Below are positions 25,389 to 32,000 of a stretch of 32,000 nt of DNA, in pieces. The position numbers and the translations under genes were made by a program. Below the pieces are notes generated by a model, which was not told the DNA's origin, ran no database searches, and saw nothing but the letters and a program-made list of their open reading frames with translations. This DNA is from Rivularia sp. MS3. Lineage in GTDB: Bacteria > Cyanobacteriota > Cyanobacteriia > Cyanobacteriales > Nostocaceae. Positions within the stretch are counted from its first letter, which is position 1; every line of letters begins with the position of its first letter. Location of the stretch: assembly GCA_019192545.1 (NCBI GenBank), contig JAHCMI010000078.1, forward strand, positions 10,030 to 42,029. Reading direction: 5' to 3'.

Positions 25389-27659
25389 ATGACTATTACA
25401 CAGTCTAATAGAAGTAAATATCAGCGCAACCCTCGTAAAAGTAGATTAAAAATTAGGACTGCAACTGTATTTTTATCAAGTATTGTTGTTATATCGGCAA
25501 TTATTGTTGCAGCTTGGTTTGCTGGAGAAAATCAGATAAATGCTATTTTTGCCGAGGTTGATTATTTACAGCGTAACCCACCGATGTGGTTGGAAGCACC
25601 AATGGTAACGGGTAAATATTTATTAGCCCCTACTGTAGCTTTATTATTAACAGTTTGGGGTGTAATTAAAGCTTCTCCTCAACCTCGTGTTTGGTCGCGA
25701 AGACTGGTTGTGGGAATATTATTATTATTAACCGTTAGATATGTGTTATGGCGCTCTTTATCAACGCTAAATTTAAATACTCCTTTGAATGGAGCATTTA
25801 GTTTAGGTTTATTTGGTTTAGAAATCTTGGTATTATTCAGCGCTACAATTCAGTTATTTTTGATGCTGAATGTTAAAGAACGCCGCAATGAAGCAAATCA
25901 AAAATCAATCGCCGTAATTGAAGGTGAATTTAATCCCAGCGTCGATGTTTTAATTCCTACTTATAACGAACCGACTTTTATTTTACGAAGAACAATTATC
26001 GGCTGTCAGGCTTTAGAATATAGAAATAAGACTATTTATCTATTAGACGATACTCGTCGTCCGGAAATGAAAGCTTTAGCGAAAGAATTAGGATGCGAGT
26101 ATATTACCAGACCGGATAATCGTCATGCAAAAGCCGGTAATTTAAATCATGCATTAACTAAAATAAATGGAGAATTAATTGTAGTATTCGATGCGGATTT
26201 TATTCCGACATCAAACTTTTTAACTCGTACAGTGGGTTTTTTTCAGGATGAACAATTAGCCTTAGTGCAAACACCGCAAAGCTTTTATAATGCAGACCCT
26301 ATAGCCTATAATTTAGGTTTAGAAAATGTAGTAACTCCAGAAGAAGAAGTTTTTTACAGACAAATCCAGCCGATAAAAGATAGCGCCGGAAGTGTAGTTT
26401 GTGCGGGGACTTCTTTTGTAGTCAGACGCAGTGCTTTGGAAAAAACCGGCGGTTTTATCACCGAATCCCTTAGCGAAGATTATTTTACAGGAATTAATTT
26501 ATCAGCTAAAGGTTACAAACTTATATATTTAGATGAAAAGCTGAGTGCTGGTTTAGCGGCTGAAAATATTGGCGCACATGCAACCCAACGCATTAGATGG
26601 GCGCAAGGCACTTTACAAGCGTTTTTTATTAAATCAAATCCTCTAACAATTCGCGGATTAAAACCATTACAAAGACTAGCTCATTTAGAAGGATTGCTCA
26701 ACTGGTTTGCTAGTATTTCCCGCGTTGGATTTTTATTAATGCCTTTAGCGTATTCTTTTTTAGGCATCATTCCCGTACAGGCAACTGTAGAAGAAGCACT
26801 TTATTTCCTTCTACCTTTCTACCTGACTCAGCTAATTGTGTTTTCCTGGTTAAATTCTCATTCTCGTTCTGCGATACTTTCAGAAATATACAGTATAGCT
26901 TTAGCTTTTCCTCTGGCATTAACGGTAGTTCAGGTAATGTTAAATCCATTTTCCAAAGGGTTTAAGGTTACCCCGAAAGGGAACGCTAGCAACAAGTTTA
27001 ATTTTAATTGGAATTTAGCTTTACCTTTAATTATCTTATTCATTGGTAATGCTGTGAGTTTGTGGCGCAATTTAGGAATGTGTTTGGCACTACTTTGGCA
27101 GCAGGCAACTACTCCTCAAATAGTAGAACATTTCCAAGGTTTGGATTTAGGCTGGATATGGAGTATTTATAATTTAGTATTAATTGGTATAGCTTTATTA
27201 ATATTAGTTGATGCACCCAAAGCCGACGCTTACGAATGGTTCGACTTGAGACGAGTAGTACGTTTAAATATTGGCGAAGAGACAGTTTGGGGAGTCACTA
27301 CAATGATTTCCGAAGTTGGTGCAGAAATTTCTCTTACCCAACAAGTATCGATGGAATTAATTCCCGGTCAACTGGTAAAATTGCAAATAGCCGAAGAAAA
27401 TTTACAGTTAAATGCAGAGATTATACGTACCGGCATCAAAGACGAATTTTTTACAACTAGAGTTAAGTTTCCTTTGGTAACTTTACCTCAACATCGTAGC
27501 TTAGTAAAAATGTTATTCTGTCGTCCCGGACAATGGAAGCGTAGATGTACTCCTGGCGAATTGCAATCATTTATACTACTGTTTAAAATCTTGCTCAAAC
27601 CAAGAATATTGTTTGATAGAAAAATTGACGTTAATGCTGTAGCGGTTTCTAAAGTTTAA
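25389..27659 (+). CDS. bcsA: Cellulose synthase catalytic subunit-like GT2 with a C-terminal PilZ domain (BcsA-like)
   Basis: 756 aa. GT2 motifs: DVLIPTYNEP, LLDDTRRP, VFDADF, QTPQSFYN, SEDYFTG (TED-like) and QRIRWAQG (QxxRW). PilZ motifs: RRVVRLN (RxxxR) and MISEVGAEISL (D/NxSxxG-like). Confidence 0.92.
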   Translation: MTITQSNRSKYQRNPRKSRLKIRTATVFLSSIVVISAIIVAAWFAGENQINAIFAEVDYLQRNPPMWLEAPMVTGKYLLAPTVALLLTVWGVIKASPQPRVWSRRLVVGILLLLTVRYVLWRSLSTLNLNTPLNGAFSLGLFGLEILVLFSATIQLFLMLNVKERRNEANQKSIAVIEGEFNPSVDVLIPTYNEPTFILRRTIIGCQALEYRNKTIYLLDDTRRPEMKALAKELGCEYITRPDNRHAKAGNLNHALTKINGELIVVFDADFIPTSNFLTRTVGFFQDEQLALVQTPQSFYNADPIAYNLGLENVVTPEEEVFYRQIQPIKDSAGSVVCAGTSFVVRRSALEKTGGFITESLSEDYFTGINLSAKGYKLIYLDEKLSAGLAAENIGAHATQRIRWAQGTLQAFFIKSNPLTIRGLKPLQRLAHLEGLLNWFASISRVGFLLMPLAYSFLGIIPVQATVEEALYFLLPFYLTQLIVFSWLNSHSRSAILSEIYSIALAFPLALTVVQVMLNPFSKGFKVTPKGNASNKFNFNWNLALPLIILFIGNAVSLWRNLGMCLALLWQQATTPQIVEHFQGLDLGWIWSIYNLVLIGIALLILVDAPKADAYEWFDLRRVVRLNIGEETVWGVTTMISEVGAEISLTQQVSMELIPGQLVKLQIAEENLQLNAEIIRTGIKDEFFTTRVKFPLVTLPQHRSLVKMLFCRPGQWKRRCTPGELQSFILLFKILLKPRILFDRKIDVNAVAVSKV

Positions 27660-27746
27660 AAAGGGAACAGGGAATAGGAAGTATTAACAGTTTGAATTCC
27701 AAAAGCATTAGAAACCTGGTTTCTGAATTGATATAAGTTATTTAAG

Positions 27747-27786
27747 AGAAAAAACCGCAGAGGCACGGAGGAAACAAAGAAAAGAG
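27747..27786 (-). repeat. Dispersed CT-rich (CTCTGCG)n repeat element, inverted and more degenerate copy
   Basis: The plus strand reads GAGAAAAAACCGCAGAGGCACGGAGGAAACAAAGAAAAGAG. Its reverse complement is ...TTTCCTCCGTGCCTCTGCGGTTTTTTCTC. Confidence 0.55.
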
Positions 27787-28151
27787 TTATAGAGGAATGC
27801 TAAAGAAAGATTAAAAGTAGGGTGTGTTGTCGCGTTAGCGGAGCGTGACGTTAGTCATAGCGCAACGCACAAATCATTATATTAGTATCTAAAACTTACA
27901 TTTATAGAACCATCCACAAAAAATAATTACAGTTTGAAATCATATAGACTACAATTGTAATACTGTTTGAAAGATCGGGAGGTCGAATATGGGTGAATTT
28001 GTATTTAGAGAGATTGTTACGCAATACAACCGACGCAAAGCGCAAATTTTCCTGTATTCGGTTTTCTGGTTTCAAAATCTTCTAAAATAAAACCGAATTC
28101 CGGCGTTGCTGCGCTTTGTAAAAAAACAAAAAGCACCAATTAAGGAAAACA

Positions 28152-29222
28152 ATGAATTTAGAATATTTAGGTTGGAACGACTTTTTTGCTTCCAGCTTTG
28201 AATCGTTACGTCAGCAAGAATTGACTGTAGCTAGAGTTGCAATAGAACATCGCAATACTTATATTCTGCATAGCGATATTGGGGAAGTGCCTGGGGAAGT
28301 AAGCGGAAGATTTCGCCACAATGCAATGCAAGCGCAAGATTTTCCAGCAGTAGGGGATTGGGTTGTTATTAGTCTCAGACAATCAGAGAAAAGCGCCGTA
28401 ATCCACAGTGTTTTACCAAGAAAAAGTAAGTTTTCTCGTCAAACTGTAGGTGGTATAACAACAGAACAAATAGTGGCAGCCAATGTTGATACGGTATTTC
28501 TAGTTTCCGGTTTAGATGGCGATTTTAATCCTAGAAGAATCGAACGCTATTTAATATTGGCTTGGGAAAGCGGTGCAAATCCAGTTATTTTGTTGAATAA
28601 AGCAGACTTGTGTCAAAACATAGAAGACTGCTTAAATCAAGTTGAAAATATTGCTTTGGGTGTATCGATAATAACAATTAGTGCAGCCAATTTTCAGGGA
28701 TTATCAGCACTGCAACCCTTTTTACAACCGGGGAAAACAGTTGCTTTGTTGGGTTCATCGGGTGTAGGAAAATCAACAATTACCAATCAACTTAAAGGTG
28801 AAGCAATACAAAAAGTAAAAACAGTACGTCAAGGTGATGATAGAGGCAGACATACTACAACCCATCGCGAATTGATTTTACTTCCAAACGGTAGCTTAAT
28901 TATAGATACTCCAGGAATGCGAGAACTTCAAATTTGGGCAAGCGAAGATAGTTTGAGTTCAACTTTTGAAGACATTGAAAATTTAGCTCAAGAATGTCGT
29001 TTTCGTAATTGTCAACATAGCAAAGAGCCGGGTTGCGCTGTACAGCAAGCATTACAAGAAGGAAAGCTGAGTAGTTCGAGATTTTTCAGCTATCAGAAAT
29101 TACAGAAAGAGCTTGATTATCTCAGTCAAAAACAAGACCAAAAAGTTTATCTGGATACTAAAAAGCGATGGAAAAAAATTAGTAAATCGATGAAAAATCA
29201 TTACAAACGCTACCAATCTTAA
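28152..29222 (+). CDS. rsgA: Ribosome small-subunit-dependent GTPase A
   Basis: 356 aa with circularly permuted GTPase motifs: [14 protein letters not shown] and DTPGMRE. The C-terminal zinc knuckle is [16 protein letters not shown]. Confidence 0.95.
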   Translation: MNLEYLGWNDFFASSFESLRQQELTVARVAIEHRNTYILHSDIGEVPGEVSGRFRHNAMQAQDFPAVGDWVVISLRQSEKSAVIHSVLPRKSKFSRQTVGGITTEQIVAANVDTVFLVSGLDGDFNPRRIERYLILAWESGANPVILLNKADLCQNIEDCLNQVENIALGVSIITISAANFQGLSALQPFLQPGKTVALLGSSGVGKSTITNQLKGEAIQKVKTVRQGDDRGRHTTTHRELILLPNGSLIIDTPGMRELQIWASEDSLSSTFEDIENLAQECRFRNCQHSKEPGCAVQQALQEGKLSSSRFFSYQKLQKELDYLSQKQDQKVYLDTKKRWKKISKSMKNHYKRYQS

Positions 29223-29322
29223 TCACTTGCCCATTCATCGTTTGTAATCTTTTACATAACCGGAAAGATAAGAAAAACTTGGTTCTTCAGCACTTGGTAT
29301 GCTATTTAAGTAGTCGTTTTTA

Positions 29323-29350
29323 GGCAGTCGGCAGTCGGCAGTCGGCAGTA
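29323..29350. repeat. STRR-like heptamer tandem repeat (GGCAGTC x3 plus one degenerate unit)
   Basis: Read directly in the rsgA / M50 protease convergent spacer. Confidence 0.8.
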
Positions 29351-29468
29351 GGGGAAAAAGAGTAAAGTTATCAAAAATTAAGCATATAAAATGTCAAATC
29401 CCTACGCAGTAAATATTTCGGTAATTTTTATTCATAATTTAGCATACTAACAACTGATGAGCCAAAAA

Positions 29469-29520
29469 CTTCTTCTCTCTTCCTCTTTCTGTGCGCTCTG
29501 TGCGCTCTCTGCGGTTTTTT
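29469..29520 (+). repeat. Dispersed CT-rich (CTCTGCG)n repeat element, copy 2
   Basis: CTTCTTCTCTCTTCCTCTTTCTGTGCGCTCTGTGCGCTCTCTGCGGTTTTTT, followed by the hairpin AGACGTAGC-ATC-GCTACGTCT in the 29521-29560 block. Confidence 0.7.
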
Positions 29521-29565
29521 CATTTTCGCTAGACGTAGCATCGCTACGTCTCTACAAAATTGTAT

Positions 29566-31287
29566 TTATTCCCCTGGCATTTCTCGATGAATACGAACAT
29601 AATCCGGTGATGTCTGAGCAAACTTAGGAATAAAATTAACCGAATTAGGCACAATCGCTTGCCAACTACCTAAAATTCCGACTAACAAACTTACACAATA
29701 AACGCTTGCTAAAATTACTTTAGTTATCCGCTTGCTATAAAAACAGTGATATCGTTCAATTAAATTTTTTACTAGTAAATATCTGCTGTTGAAGGGTAAA
29801 TGATGATAATCAAACTGCTGCAAATTTTTAAACAGGCAGTATAAAATATTTTCTTGATTTGATGGTGGATTAGCTCGGAAGGATTTGTGCAATTTGGAGT
29901 TTATTTTAGCAGCACGATAACTATATATAATATTCACAGCTAAGGGAATTGTGAGTAAATATAATGCCGGATGAGCAATTCCTAACAAACTAATGATAAT
30001 TGCTCCAAATGCTTTAAAAAATACATCACTATAGGGAAAACGAGAAAAGAGTAAAATATCTACTATTTGTCCGCCATCGAGAGGGTAAATCGGTAGTAAA
30101 TTAAATAGATTCAAGCAAATTAATATCCAGCTTGCTTGTTTTATCCAACTTGAATAGCTGACATCTTTAAAGAAAATCGCTAACAAGATACCTAATATTA
30201 ATCCCGGTAAAGGTCCAGCCAAAGATACACAAAACTTTTGAGTAATTGTAGCATCATCTTTACGAGCAGTAGCCACAGCACCGAGAAAAGGTAGAAAGAG
30301 CAAAGAACCATCTCGATAGCCGCAAAGTTTCATTGCTAATAAATGTCCGCCTTCATGAATGATTAATGCTGCAACGAAGATAATTAAAGTTTGAGTACCA
30401 AAATACTTTGTGGAAGTAACTACGAATAAAATAAAACTACCTAATATCATCCAAGGACGCATTTTTTTATCAATAAGCCCTCGCTGTAATTTTTCCATTC
30501 GCCGGAATCCTTCGACTTCTAATTCGATTGGAATTTCTACAGCTAGTTTAGTTTCATTTTTAGCTTGTTCTCGACGTTGTTTGATAATATTTGCGCTTTG
30601 ATGATTTCCTTGAATGATTTTATGAGTTAGTTTCAAAGCTAAATTACCATTTAAGCGAAATATTTTTTGATTTGTCCCTGGGGATATATATCTTAATTTA
30701 ATTAACGAATTCAGATAATTTTGAAGATACACGCCGAGTGCTTGTGTAAAAGCTTCCGGTGATAAAAGTTTCGGAATTTTATGTGTTTTTAACTGCCTTA
30801 ATCTACCTTGGTGATACTGCCATTGTAAGGATGTTTGGGCAGTATAAAAATCTTGCATGATAAAAAACGGAATTTTACCGATTACCGTATTTCCCTTACC
30901 ATTTGTTGTCACCAAACAAGTTTTATCCTTAAAAAAAGTATAAAATTCAATGTCAAATAAATTTACAGGTTCAATAGGGTGACGTATGCCAACTTTGGCA
31001 TAGCAGTTAAAAGGTTCGTTATAAAGTAACATTTCCCAAGCAGTATTCGGATAAACCTTGAGCATCGGTTTAACTTGCAAAAAACAGCACGGCTCAAAAC
31101 CAAACTCTTGAAGCTCCTGAATGGGAACTAAAAACAACTTCTGTAGATAAGAGGGAATATTTTCAACTGCCCGCACTTGATAGCTGGGGTATTGCATCGT
31201 CACCTTACAAAGCTGTAAAAAGGTAACAACATAAGAAACACCCACCAACAGCGCATAAATTACAACAGGGTAAAGCAAATACTGCAT
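29566..31287 (-). CDS. M50 family (site-2 protease-like) membrane metalloprotease with a long N-terminal extension
   Basis: HEGGHLLAM (HExxH) lies in a TM helix, with NLLPIYPLDGGQIV (NxxPxxxLDG) further on. I prefer ATG 31287 over the TTG at 31305. About 290 aa precede the protease core and match no family I recognise. Confidence 0.8.
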   Translation of the reverse strand: MQYLLYPVVIYALLVGVSYVVTFLQLCKVTMQYPSYQVRAVENIPSYLQKLFLVPIQELQEFGFEPCCFLQVKPMLKVYPNTAWEMLLYNEPFNCYAKVGIRHPIEPVNLFDIEFYTFFKDKTCLVTTNGKGNTVIGKIPFFIMQDFYTAQTSLQWQYHQGRLRQLKTHKIPKLLSPEAFTQALGVYLQNYLNSLIKLRYISPGTNQKIFRLNGNLALKLTHKIIQGNHQSANIIKQRREQAKNETKLAVEIPIELEVEGFRRMEKLQRGLIDKKMRPWMILGSFILFVVTSTKYFGTQTLIIFVAALIIHEGGHLLAMKLCGYRDGSLLFLPFLGAVATARKDDATITQKFCVSLAGPLPGLILGILLAIFFKDVSYSSWIKQASWILICLNLFNLLPIYPLDGGQIVDILLFSRFPYSDVFFKAFGAIIISLLGIAHPALYLLTIPLAVNIIYSYRAAKINSKLHKSFRANPPSNQENILYCLFKNLQQFDYHHLPFNSRYLLVKNLIERYHCFYSKRITKVILASVYCVSLLVGILGSWQAIVPNSVNFIPKFAQTSPDYVRIHREMPGE

Positions 31288-31466
31288 ACTATGTAACAAA
31301 TACAACCATGCTTATCATTCCCAATATCGAACTCCGATTATCATTTTGCTTAGATAGTTTGTTTTACCTAAATCCTTCTATCTCCACAGGAATCAAACAA
31401 AAAGACATAACTAACTTAAAATGTTTTCTTGATAAAGAAACTTGCGTTCCTACCATCAAAAGCCAC

Positions 31467-32000
31467 ATGACCAAGCAAACACTGGGATTAGAAAATCACA
31501 TATATCAATATTTACTATCAGTATCTATACGGGAACCGGACATTTTAAAAAAATTACGTGAAGAAACCGCAAATCATCCCAGAAATATCATGCAAATTTC
31601 ACCAGAGCAAGGACAATTTATGGCTTTGCTAGTGCAACTAATGGGAGCGAAGAAAGCTTTAGATATCGGTGTTTTTACAGGTTATAGTTCTTTGGTAGTT
31701 GCCCTAGCATTACCACCAGCAGGTAAAATGGTTGCCTGCGATGTTAGCGAAGAGTATACATCTATAGCCCGTCGTTACTGGGAACAAGCAGGAATCGCCG
31801 ATAAAATCGATTTACACATAGCACCGGCGATCGCTACTCTCGATAAATTAATTACAGAAGGTGAAACGGATAGCTTCGACTTTGCTTTTATAGACGCAGA
31901 TAAAAGCAGCTACGATGATTATTACGAACGAGCTTTAAAATTAATTCGTCCCGGTGGATTAATCGCCATTGATAACGTATTATGGTCCGGAAGAGTCGCA
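31467..32000 (+). CDS. Class I SAM-dependent O-methyltransferase (caffeoyl-CoA OMT-like, Methyltransf_3); 3' end lies outside the window
   Basis: Absent from the ORF track because there is no stop in the window. My translation from ATG 31467 is MTKQTLGLENHIYQYLLSVSIREPDILKKLREET...ALDIGVFTGYSSL...FDFAFIDADKSSYDDYYE...LIRPGGLIAIDNVLWSGRVA. These are typical SAM-binding and metal-binding (DADK) motifs. Confidence 0.9.
   Translation, partial: MTKQTLGLENHIYQYLLSVSIREPDILKKLREETANHPRNIMQISPEQGQFMALLVQLMGAKKALDIGVFTGYSSLVVALALPPAGKMVACDVSEEYTSIARRYWEQAGIADKIDLHIAPAIATLDKLITEGETDSFDFAFIDADKSSYDDYYERALKLIRPGGLIAIDNVLWSGRVA

Noticed and set aside
1-32000. tRNA, rRNA, tmRNA, RNase P RNA, transposase, integrase or prophage genes
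   Set aside because: I scanned the spacers for T-loop-like GGTTCGA motifs and the ORFs for DDE or tyrosine-recombinase patterns and found none. The search was visual only, so small RNAs could have been missed.

Overview
This window is chromosomal DNA from a filamentous, probably heterocyst-forming (Nostocales-type) cyanobacterium. Three things support that: repeated HIP1 palindromes (GCGATCGC, e.g. near 621, 8350, 9893, 13063, 18702, 24480, 31829); many STRR-like heptamer tandem repeats in intergenic DNA; and the conserved cyanobacterial gene string rpmH-rnpA-PH domain-yidC-jag-DUF177. Housekeeping genes make up most of the window: pntA, the rpmH/rnpA/yidC cluster, Ap4A phosphorylase, acs, a PilZ-type cellulose synthase, rsgA, an M50 protease and an O-methyltransferase. 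Two accessory stretches interrupt them. (1) About 8.5-12.8 kb is very AT-rich. It carries a tandem NuiA-like (nuclease-inhibitor-like) protein with no nuclease nearby, a MarR regulator, a DUF1624/acyltransferase-like membrane protein, a stand-alone DUF4365 (PD-(D/E)xK-like) protein and a small unknown partner. (2) About 15.3-22.0 kb carries a decayed HsdR_N-like restriction-endonuclease-fold pseudogene, a peptidoglycan-binding protein, and a class-C beta-lactamase-fold serine hydrolase translationally coupled to an orphan antitoxin. That antitoxin is a mosaic, near-identical duplicate of the antitoxin of the adjacent killer/antidote (TIGR02683/TIGR02684-type) toxin-antitoxin pair. Next comes an NB-ARC/TPR STAND NTPase. 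Its helical N-terminal domain, which ends in a G/N/Q-rich tail, is separated from the NB-ARC module by one in-frame TGA, in a TGA-C context with a hairpin 9 nt downstream. I rank this split STAND locus as the most interesting object, either as a possible readthrough-coupled effector/NLR system or as a decaying gene. A DM13 lipoprotein + DUF4079 membrane protein + orphan histidine kinase string is also worth a look. I found no tRNA, rRNA, CRISPR array, transposase or integrase. All calls come from reading the translations and sequence by eye; no database search was run.
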